From positions 1 through 42,490 of the forward strand of contig JBBRRF010000001.1 of NCBI GenBank assembly GCA_038200885.1: a DNA stretch of 42,490 nt, given 5' to 3'. This document shows positions 1 to 7,987 of this stretch, piece by piece (the stretch's first letter is position 1; each line of letters starts with the position of its first letter). The notes under the pieces are model-generated. The model was not told the DNA's origin. It did no database searches and saw only the letters and a list, made by a program, of their open reading frames with translations. Position numbers and translations under genes: made by a program. Source of the stretch: Candidatus Nitrosocosmicus sp. GTDB taxonomy: Archaea > Thermoproteota > Nitrososphaeria > Nitrososphaerales > Nitrososphaeraceae.

Positions 1-690
1 ATCAGTCCCATATAGCAGATATTTTGGTTCTCCGGCATAGTTTAGAAAATCAGTAATCTTGCCTACTAGGTATTTCTCATAGAATTCCGTAAAGTCTCCC
101 AAAACCAAACCAGATATATCCGCATAAACATTTTTGTTTTTATAAATTATCTCCTGACAATCCAAAAACCACGGATTTCCCAAGTGACAAATTATGATCT
201 TTAGTTCCGGGTTATCAACTGCAACATCATCAACATTTATCGGATGAGCAAATCTCACTTTGCCTTTGGGTGTATACGTGTCTCCGGTATGAATCATTAA
301 AGGGACATCATACTCTATACATAAGTCAATTATTTTCTGATATTTTGGATCATACGGGTAGTAATGTTCGTATCCGGGATAAATTTTCAAACCTTTTATT
401 TTACCATTTTTAAGATATCCTTCATATTCTTTAATACTGCTTTCATCATGATTGCTAATTGAGTATCCTGCAACTACCTTTATTTTTTCATGTTTTTCAA
501 CGAAAGATAATATTTCTCCAGTGGAGGGTCTTTCTTCATTGATTCTATACGATGAAATAATTATAGCCTGGTCTACGTTGTTTGACTGCATTGTGTTTGA
601 AAGTGATTCTATTCTTTCTTTGAGTGGTAAATTTTTTAAACTCTCGTAGCCATTTATGTGCACATGGCAATCTATGATGGTTTGAGTCAC
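1..690 (-). CDS. Amidohydrolase family protein (Amidohydro_2/LigI-like TIM barrel), 3' end truncated by the window edge
   Basis: Hand translation from GTG at 690: MTQTIIDCHVHING...GLKIYPGY...PLMIHTGD...IIICHLGNP...YADISG...LLYGTD. This shows the HxH metal motif plus the later His/Asp ligands. The start overlaps the GNAT stop (GTGA, 687-690). Not in the ORF track because no stop lies inside the window. Confidence 0.9.
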   Translation of the reverse strand, partial: MTQTIIDCHVHINGYESLKNLPLKERIESLSNTMQSNNVDQAIIISSYRINEERPSTGEILSFVEKHEKIKVVAGYSISNHDESSIKEYEGYLKNGKIKGLKIYPGYEHYYPYDPKYQKIIDLCIEYDVPLMIHTGDTYTPKGKVRFAHPINVDDVAVDNPELKIIICHLGNPWFLDCQEIIYKNKNVYADISGLVLGDFTEFYEKYLVGKITDFLNYAGEPKYLLYGTD

Positions 691-1337
691 TTTTTATAAT
701 AAGGATTTATCCATTCAATAAATGTTGCATAGTTTAGAGATCTTGAATCCTTGATATAATTTGAAAGTATTTTTATGAATTTAAAATCATTTTTCAATTG
801 AAAGGTCAACACCTGATCGGAAATTTGTCTATTTATAACATGTTGAACATATTCATCTGGCGAAAATTTCTCGGCATAATTGCAGTAGTTGATCAACCTA
901 CCGCCTGCTATGATTCGCCTTAAATTGTATTTTATGACCAAATCCTTTCTTGCTTTGTATAGCAAAGTTGCAATCCCTAATCGACGAAAATCTGGATGAA
1001 TAGAAATGTCCGCACCATACAATGAATCGCCACTTGGGTCATGGGTGGTAAATAGACTATTGCCTGTCACCTGACTAAATGTATGAACTTCGTATTCAGA
1101 TGGTAACTTTATTATCAAACTACTTGACGACCCTATAATTTTGTTCTCAGATTCAACACAAAATTGGCCTTCTGGAAATATTTCCACGTGACTTTGAAGA
1201 TGCCTCATTCCCCAAACACTGCCTTCTTCTAACATGGATGGAAAAGATTCCTTTTGCAATTCAATTATTTTGGAAATATCTTGAAAAGTCACATTCTTTA
1301 TAACGATATCTTTGTCAGGTATATTGGAATATTGCAT
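687..1337 (-). CDS. GNAT family N-acetyltransferase (YkwB-like)
   Basis: FPEGQF...HDPSGDSLYGADISIHPDFRRLGIATLLYKARK acetyl-CoA motif, plus IAGGRL and the C-terminal EWINP typical of YkwB-like GNATs. Confidence 0.88.
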   Translation of the reverse strand: MQYSNIPDKDIVIKNVTFQDISKIIELQKESFPSMLEEGSVWGMRHLQSHVEIFPEGQFCVESENKIIGSSSSLIIKLPSEYEVHTFSQVTGNSLFTTHDPSGDSLYGADISIHPDFRRLGIATLLYKARKDLVIKYNLRRIIAGGRLINYCNYAEKFSPDEYVQHVINRQISDQVLTFQLKNDFKFIKILSNYIKDSRSLNYATFIEWINPYYKK

Positions 1338-1555
1338 GCCCTCTATACGATATATACTTGTATCTCATGTCATATTAAGATTGGTAAAAGCTGTTGCGAT
1401 AGAGAAGGAATAAATAAATTAATATCCAAGTAGAATTGAGGATTAAAGCAGTAAAAGAATATTTTCTAGCAACTGGCTATTATAAATAAAGAAATCTTCA
1501 AATCCTGTAAAATTATGAAAAGTTTTATTTAATAATAGATCTTGATAGTAAATCA

Positions 1556-1954
1556 TTGAACGAAGCCCTTTATTTTGATGAAGAATCTGAATACCTGCAT
1601 AATGAAATCCCACAAAGTAACTCGTGCGTTATCAAACTATCATTTAGTTTGGATTTTGATATCGGCCAGGGTTATGTAACATCAAAAATAGAAGACAGGG
1701 ATGGAAATATTAGAAAACTAAACATCCAACCAGGAACTAGAGGTATCAAACTGCAAAGCGATCTTATCAGAGGCAAAAACAAGGAGGCAGAGCTGCCATC
1801 TCATGTTTATGTCCGAACCACACTAAAGGATGGGAAAACTTTGGTAAGGAAATTACCTGTTATAGGAACAAGCGATTGGCTATTAATATTTGAGGAAGAT
1901 CTCTGCATGTTGGCAGTAAAGGGTAAATACGAAGAAATAGAAATTTTAGGATGA
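1556..1954 (+). CDS. Hypothetical protein
   Basis: 132-aa ORF with globular composition and an AT-rich promoter-like region upstream. No recognisable motif. Confidence 0.7.
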   Translation: MNEALYFDEESEYLHNEIPQSNSCVIKLSFSLDFDIGQGYVTSKIEDRDGNIRKLNIQPGTRGIKLQSDLIRGKNKEAELPSHVYVRTTLKDGKTLVRKLPVIGTSDWLLIFEEDLCMLAVKGKYEEIEILG

Positions 1955-2019
1955 TCCATTATGATCTCTAAAAAAGATTGACATTCTTGATTCGAGTTGT
2001 GGTGGGGTAATTATTGTTC

Positions 2020-2463
2020 TTAGTAACCTCTTAGCTGTCTTCCAGTATTCTCTTTGTTTTTTTCCATGTATTTTGATATCAATGTTTGTGGTTCAAAGCC
2101 GGCCTCAATCGACAATTGTATTAAAAAATGCCACAAGTCTATAATTTCCTCTTGAAGTTTTTCATTATCTACGGTTTTATCTTTCTTCCACCATTTCCAA
2201 TTTGTTTCCCTCTGAAGTTCTATGGCTTCGTGCACTAAGGCAGTCGAAATCATAAATATTCTGTAACCTGAAAATGGTTCTTTCATTTCGTACAATTTCT
2301 TCATTTTATTTTCAGGGTTATTATCTAGAGGAATCTTTTCAGAACTTTTAATTTTTGTACTGTTATAATCTTGAGTTATCAAGGACTGTTGCATTTCAAA
2401 AAGATACTCTAATTTGTCTTTAATTTCACGGACCTTGTCTGGGCCATCGGCTAAGTGGTTCAT
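2020..2463 (-). CDS. Dimeric all-alpha dUTPase / NTP pyrophosphatase (dUTPase_2, MazG-like superfamily)
   Basis: ALVHEAIEL...NWKWWK...EEIIDLWHFL motifs, with C-terminal KNKENxxRQxxGY. Confidence 0.85.
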   Translation of the reverse strand: MNHLADGPDKVREIKDKLEYLFEMQQSLITQDYNSTKIKSSEKIPLDNNPENKMKKLYEMKEPFSGYRIFMISTALVHEAIELQRETNWKWWKKDKTVDNEKLQEEIIDLWHFLIQLSIEAGFEPQTLISKYMEKNKENTGRQLRGY

Positions 2464-2626
2464 ATTGGATTAAGTGTAAAGCAAAGTATAGTAAAGATAT
2501 TACTGTTGTCTTTTTTCTTATAATGTCCACAAGTTGTAGTTAATAATTTGTGAATTAGTATTTTGTATCGTATCTTTCCTGAAGAAGTTTTAATCCGGTT
2601 TCAGCTCTAAATCATAATAATGTTTC

Positions 2627-3172
2627 TTATAACTCGTCTATAATTGATATGTAGTTATCAATGCTTCTATCAAGTAAAGTATTGTTATTTTGGCCAAGTT
2701 TCTTAACCAATCCTTTATGAAGAAGATAAAATAATGAAACCTCTTTCCCTCTCTTTCTTCCAACTATGTTTGAATCAACTAATCTTTTAAGATTCCATGA
2801 AGTAGTAGACGGTGCTTTATTAATATGCTTTACAATCTCATTAAAGGATACGTCGTCGGTATCATATAGCATCATAATTATACTTTTAGTGGTCTTTATT
2901 TTCAGGTAATTCAGTATAAGAGTTTCATCCGACGGTGTCGAGGCTGGGGAGTATCTGGTAATATTACTATTTTCTGTTCGACCAATTTTTATTTTTGATC
3001 TTTTTTCAAGAATTGATAGATGATGAGATAGGGTGCCGTTATTAAGATTTGTAATTTTTAGAATATCTCTATACCTAATCCCTGGAAAGGAGTTGATAAT
3101 TTTGAGTATTGTACTTCTGTTATTTCCATTTGTTTCTGTTTCGTTCTCATTAAATATCGTGTTCGAATTCAT
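2627..3172 (-). CDS. Tandem winged helix-turn-helix transcriptional regulator (ArsR/MarR-like, archaeal)
   Basis: Two wHTH repeats: PGIRYRDI...NGTLSHHLSILE and SFNEIVKHINKAPSTTSWNLKRL. Confidence 0.85.
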   Translation of the reverse strand: MNSNTIFNENETETNGNNRSTILKIINSFPGIRYRDILKITNLNNGTLSHHLSILEKRSKIKIGRTENSNITRYSPASTPSDETLILNYLKIKTTKSIIMMLYDTDDVSFNEIVKHINKAPSTTSWNLKRLVDSNIVGRKRGKEVSLFYLLHKGLVKKLGQNNNTLLDRSIDNYISIIDEL

Positions 3173-3591
3173 TTTCTTTCCAACCTCAATACCCCTGCAG
3201 CAAACAATACTAACATCAATAATAACAACACATGTTGAAATTCTACATCTATTAAAGGTATGTAGAATGTTCCCAAAAGGCGACTTGACTGTAATAACTA
3301 CAGAAATTCTACAACTAACAAAAATCCAAAACTTAGACTTGTCAAGAGTATTTTTTTACTTTTTGTCTTCTTGAAGGAGACAAACGAAATTGTAGTTAGA
3401 AAAAGGGCCACGTCAAAACTAATAATGTGAATGAGAATGTGATAAATCATGGAAGGGTGATAAAGATGAGGAATTACAAAGGGATATAAGGCTACACTTG
3501 CAACCACTATCGACAAAAATAAAAACAAACTGTTCTTGTTGCTTAAAAAATGTACAAGAGTTTCTTTAAAATCTTTGTCTCTTTTAAGCAA
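3169..3591 (-). pseudogene. Multi-pass membrane protein interrupted by one in-frame TAG at 3298-3300 (nonsense allele, sequence error or readthrough)
   Basis: After ...LLVVEFL-TAG the frame continues LLQSSRLLGTFYIPLIDVEFQHVLLLLMLVLFAAGVLRLERK-TGA. The TGA (3169-3171) overlaps the ATG of the wHTH gene, and the extension adds a further hydrophobic helix. Confidence 0.8.
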
Positions 3592-3853
3592 TTTATGAGA
3601 TTATACTCAAATGTGCCTTAAAAGGTCATTGGTACAAAGGTAAAACAACAAAACCAAACGTTCTTTCCTATCTATTAATTTACGAATTTCTTGTTAAACA
3701 AAGATTTTGCAATTGTTTTTTTGTCATGCCTTGGCTTTTTAATTTGTTATATTCTTCTCTGTATGATTGTTAGGGGGATAAAAACACAGATAAGGTTCTT
3801 TATGTATTACTATATCATACCTGTCTAGTTATGTTTTATTTGGTTGCATAACT

Positions 3854-4486
3854 CTACTCCTTTCCGATGATCTTATCCTTCATCCTTTTGAATTCTTCTT
3901 CTGAGATTACACCCCTATCCTTCAGGTCAGCAATCTTCTCTAGTTCATCAGCGTGCGATATTTGACCCTGGTGTTGGGGAATTTGGCTTACATTATTAGC
4001 GCCAGTTGAGGGGTAAGCGGGGGATCTTATTTGGGTAATGCCGTTACGTATCACCTCTATCAAATCTTCTGCCTTTTTCTTGGGAATAGCATCGATAACG
4101 CCATTTTCTCCATGCTCATCTGTTTCTAATCTCTTTATCCATGGCATCCTACCAGGAATATTGGGGTTAAACAATCCTGGAGCATTAAAGATTACCGAAG
4201 CCGAAAGCAGGCCTTTTTCTATTTTGGCGTTTGTAATAACATTGTAAGGAATATCAATTATGTCTTGTTTTAGTCCAAGCATACTTGGATCTCTCAAAAT
4301 GATTCTTCTATCAGTTGCATAAACTACATTGGGTGAAAGTTGAGACCCGCCCGGTTTAAATCTTGATTGTCTAGCAACCACCAATACTTCTTCATCCGGA
4401 TTTAACATCTCTGCAATTTTTTTTATTTCATCCAGCTCATCTTCATCAGTTATGTCTGTATTAAAATTATTTTTCTTATCTGACAT
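3854..4486 (-). CDS. Bacterial-type PH domain protein with C-terminal SHOCT domain
   Basis: MLNPDEEVLVVARQ...YATDRRIILRDP...DIPY (bPH-like) and ADELEKIADLKDRGVISEEEFKRMKDKI (SHOCT). A GAGGT SD-like element lies upstream of the ATG. Confidence 0.85.
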   Translation of the reverse strand: MSDKKNNFNTDITDEDELDEIKKIAEMLNPDEEVLVVARQSRFKPGGSQLSPNVVYATDRRIILRDPSMLGLKQDIIDIPYNVITNAKIEKGLLSASVIFNAPGLFNPNIPGRMPWIKRLETDEHGENGVIDAIPKKKAEDLIEVIRNGITQIRSPAYPSTGANNVSQIPQHQGQISHADELEKIADLKDRGVISEEEFKRMKDKIIGKE

Positions 4487-4568
4487 ACTTACCTCTCATC
4501 CTCCTCCTTTCCAGTCTTCATCCTTCTTCTCCTTCTCCTTCTTATTTATCTGCATATTTTAAATAGTT

Positions 4569-6143
4569 GTGATTTCTTATTGTGGGTTTGTACAGAAAAA
4601 TATTTTATATGTGTTAATTCAATACCCTTTGATGAACAAGAGTAAAAATGTGATTATTTTTTCATCATCTCTTTTTGTTTTGACATTTGTGATTTCATTA
4701 TTTGGCGCTATGTTCAATACAAATATGCTGAATGGTAATAATAACTCGAATTTAGTTTTTGCACAAGAATCTATAGCAACATTGGCAAATTCAGTTTCTA
4801 ACAGCAGCAATAGCATAATTTTCAATAACTATGAAAATAGTGAGGTTGGCGTTTCTTTAAAATACCCTACTATCTTCTTAATTGATGAAAGCAATTCTAA
4901 TGAAACAGTAAAACAGATAAGCTTTTTCCCAGCTTATGTTGATGATTCAGGAGTATCTCCAAAGACATTTATTTCATGGTTTGATGTTTACGTTCAAACC
5001 TTTTATCCTCCTATTTTCTATTCTCCTGATAATGTAAGTTCCTATTTGGAAGATCGTGCAAATGCTGTTCAAGAAGAAGATCAGGATATCACTATAGTCG
5101 AAGCTTCAACTGATTCGTTATTAGCAGGTCATCCAGCTTATAAATTGGTAACAAGAAGTTATTCTGGTAATGAAACAATTGATACAGTTGAATACGGGAT
5201 GATAGTTGACAATAAACTATATTCATTAAGCTACGAGGTAAATACTTCTGACTATGAGAATTCTCTCCCAATAACTAACAAAATGATTTATTCTTTTAAG
5301 ATTGATTCAGACAATTTGTCAGACTCTCTAAAACTACTGACCAATTCAACAGGACTAGCAATGCTCAAAGAAAAAGTACCTGTACTGCAGGGGATTTTGT
5401 CTTCTTTGAATTTAAGCAATTTTACTGATAATTCTTCAGGGTTGTTTAATAAGTCAGAGCTAAATAATTCGCCTAAAAATATACTAGATAATTTCTTGAA
5501 TTCCTCTTCTGGAAATATCCTAAACTTATCTTCCATAATGAAATCCATCCCTCCTATTAATTTACAAACCATCTGTGGAATCCAAATTCTATCAGATCTC
5601 TGTAGTGGAGGATCCTTTTCTCATCCATCTTTTAACATGGGTAATTCTCTACTAAATAATGAGAGTTCAATTTCCGACCTTGCCAAGATGCTTAATTTCT
5701 CTAAGAATTCAAATAGTGACTTTAACCTCTCAGAATTTAAGGAGTTGTTGGGTCCATTCGCGATGCTTTCTTCCCCTTCTCATTCAAATTCGCCAATCTC
5801 TTCCCTAGAGTCACCATCCTCCCTCTCCTCATTTAGCGACTTGCCATTTTCGTCTTTTTTTCCATCCAATGAATCTGGTACCTCCTTTTTAAACCAGATG
5901 TTTTTAAACGAAAGTAACAATGGTACTGCATCTAACGATACCACAATTTTCAACCCTTTTGAAGCCTTATTTGGTAGAAGTAGTAGTAGTATCGGTGAAG
6001 GAAATGACACTGGTCTTGGTTTCTTTAACAACGGTTCATTTGGAAATGACTCTTCGGGCTCCTTTATGGTGCCTGATTTACAATATAACGAAACAGTCGA
6101 TATATTAAGAATGTTAGAACTCCTGCAGGGTGGCGGTAGTTAA
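4569..6143 (+). CDS. Exported protein with PsbP-like domain and long Ser/Asn-rich low-complexity tail (likely start ATG 4632)
   Basis: N-terminal hydrophobic signal. YENSEVGVSLKYP...LAGHPAYKL...KLYSLSY...KMIYSFKI matches the PsbP-like pattern. Many N-x-S/T sequons. Confidence 0.75.
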   Translation: MISYCGFVQKNILYVLIQYPLMNKSKNVIIFSSSLFVLTFVISLFGAMFNTNMLNGNNNSNLVFAQESIATLANSVSNSSNSIIFNNYENSEVGVSLKYPTIFLIDESNSNETVKQISFFPAYVDDSGVSPKTFISWFDVYVQTFYPPIFYSPDNVSSYLEDRANAVQEEDQDITIVEASTDSLLAGHPAYKLVTRSYSGNETIDTVEYGMIVDNKLYSLSYEVNTSDYENSLPITNKMIYSFKIDSDNLSDSLKLLTNSTGLAMLKEKVPVLQGILSSLNLSNFTDNSSGLFNKSELNNSPKNILDNFLNSSSGNILNLSSIMKSIPPINLQTICGIQILSDLCSGGSFSHPSFNMGNSLLNNESSISDLAKMLNFSKNSNSDFNLSEFKELLGPFAMLSSPSHSNSPISSLESPSSLSSFSDLPFSSFFPSNESGTSFLNQMFLNESNNGTASNDTTIFNPFEALFGRSSSSIGEGNDTGLGFFNNGSFGNDSSGSFMVPDLQYNETVDILRMLELLQGGGS

Positions 6144-6236
6144 CAAAAAGTAAGTAACAAAATATATCATCTGGTAGATTAGGTCTCAATTTTCCTATAC
6201 TACTTTAATAGTAGAGAACAAAGTTAGCAATCCTCT

Positions 6237-7982
6237 CTATTTTTTTATCATTTTCTTTTTGTTTGATAAATAGTCATTAATAAGAACTCTGTCAATTTCT
6301 TTAGGATTAATATATATTGATTTACCGTCAACTGATTTAGCCAATTCGTTTACAAAGTCTAGTAGGGTATCCTCCTCGCTAACCATTATTGTATCAAGAT
6401 TTATGCCATCTTTTTTTAGTTTCTTTGCTTCTTTAATTGTCTGTTCTCCGATATACTGGTCAATCTGCCTATACCTATAGCACAGATAGACGGTTTGTTT
6501 ATCGTGAATATCAAATTTTATTCTATTATTCTCTGAATTCTGAGAGCCTATTCGATCCTTATCAGGAATATAAAAATGCGAATATGGTCTTTGTTTCATT
6601 ATCTTATCCTTCTCGTTCTTGCTATCTATAAAACATGCACTGGGATGACCGTCTGTTATCATTACAATCCTTTTGTTTTTAGCGCCATCTTTCTTCAAAA
6701 TCCTTTTTGCATATCTATATGCTGCTTGATAGTTGGTATAGTGTAGGAAATCTGCATTAGGTTCAAATGTTCTTAAAAAAGGAATATCCATCGGATCAAT
6801 TCGAGACGCTATGGATCCGAAACCAATCGTATGAATAGAATCTAGAGGGAAAAATTTCTTGTTTAATATAAACAAACTCCACAATGCACGCTTTGAAGCT
6901 TCTATCCTACTAAGATCATTGTACATCGATGAATATTTCATTGTCGAGCTCAAGTCTATACAATAAACAGTAGCTACTTGAATTTCTTCCAGAGTATCAT
7001 AAATTTCTATATCTTCATATGATATGTCCAGTGGAAACTCAATTCTGTTATGAAGGTTATCATTACTCTGGCGATGATCCTCGTAGTATCTTTCTACAAA
7101 ATTCCTTATTGTCGAGTTTATATTGATGTTGGAAATCTCATTTCCGTATTCATACTTTTTGGAAGTTTCCTGGACCATGCTTCCATACCCTGCAAACTTT
7201 GTTTCATGCATCCCTATTTTGTCTGTCTTTAAAGACTTTATGATCTCCGTAAGTATCTGTTGACCTATTTTTAGAAACCCTTTTTTGTTTAACCATTTAT
7301 CTGAATCAACTAGGTAACCTTTCTTAATCAATTCAGTAACAATTGGAAGATTGTTATCTGAAAATGTATGCTCATTGAAATTAATATTTAATCTATAGTT
7401 TTTCTGACTAACCGTGGTGACTGAACCAGATGATTCATCCAGCCCTTTTAAATAATGTGCTTTATCCCGTTCCTTGCTATCGTATTCTTGACTTGTTGAA
7501 GTGGGGTTATTGGATCTAGATGAATAGTCTTGAACATTTGCTTTTTCGTCAGCAATCTTTCTCTTTTGTAGTTCATTAAAATAATCTTGAAGGTATGATT
7601 CCAGTTCTCGAAGAGTGGGAGGATTATCTTTAATGGCTTTGTTGCCTATCGCTTTTAATATATCTGGAAAAAACTGCCTTAACAGGTTGTTTCTTGCTCG
7701 AATTTTTTCCGGGTCAAAAGACGATTGCTGTTGTTCTTGTTGGGAATTATGACTCTGGTGATTTCCCAAATTTTTTTCAGTTCTGGTACTATCCTCTCCA
7801 TCCACGTCATCATAATTCACAAGGGGCTTTGAAAAATAGATAATTCTTTTCTCATGCACGACTGCATTTTTTTGGCCCAATTGATCTTTGTCTATATTAT
7901 TTCGGACGTTAACCTTAGTATTGCTACTGCTATTATCAGTACGAATTCTGTTACTATTGTGCCTGTCTTCTGATCCTTTCAA
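6237..7982 (-). CDS. von Willebrand factor A domain protein, partner of the adjacent AAA+ ATPase
   Basis: MIDAS-like CIDLSSTM, YTNYQAA and MITDGHPSA. Disordered N-terminus. Starts 5 bp after the ATPase stop. Confidence 0.85.
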   Translation of the reverse strand: MKGSEDRHNSNRIRTDNSSSNTKVNVRNNIDKDQLGQKNAVVHEKRIIYFSKPLVNYDDVDGEDSTRTEKNLGNHQSHNSQQEQQQSSFDPEKIRARNNLLRQFFPDILKAIGNKAIKDNPPTLRELESYLQDYFNELQKRKIADEKANVQDYSSRSNNPTSTSQEYDSKERDKAHYLKGLDESSGSVTTVSQKNYRLNINFNEHTFSDNNLPIVTELIKKGYLVDSDKWLNKKGFLKIGQQILTEIIKSLKTDKIGMHETKFAGYGSMVQETSKKYEYGNEISNININSTIRNFVERYYEDHRQSNDNLHNRIEFPLDISYEDIEIYDTLEEIQVATVYCIDLSSTMKYSSMYNDLSRIEASKRALWSLFILNKKFFPLDSIHTIGFGSIASRIDPMDIPFLRTFEPNADFLHYTNYQAAYRYAKRILKKDGAKNKRIVMITDGHPSACFIDSKNEKDKIMKQRPYSHFYIPDKDRIGSQNSENNRIKFDIHDKQTVYLCYRYRQIDQYIGEQTIKEAKKLKKDGINLDTIMVSEEDTLLDFVNELAKSVDGKSIYINPKEIDRVLINDYLSNKKKMIKK

Positions 7983-7987
7983 TTTGT

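Noticed and set aside
452-649. Listed 65-aa plus-strand ORF
   Set aside because: Antisense shadow of the amidohydrolase gene.
3033-3374. Listed hydrophobic 113-aa plus-strand ORF
   Set aside because: Antisense to the wHTH gene and the amber-interrupted gene, which better explain the sequence.
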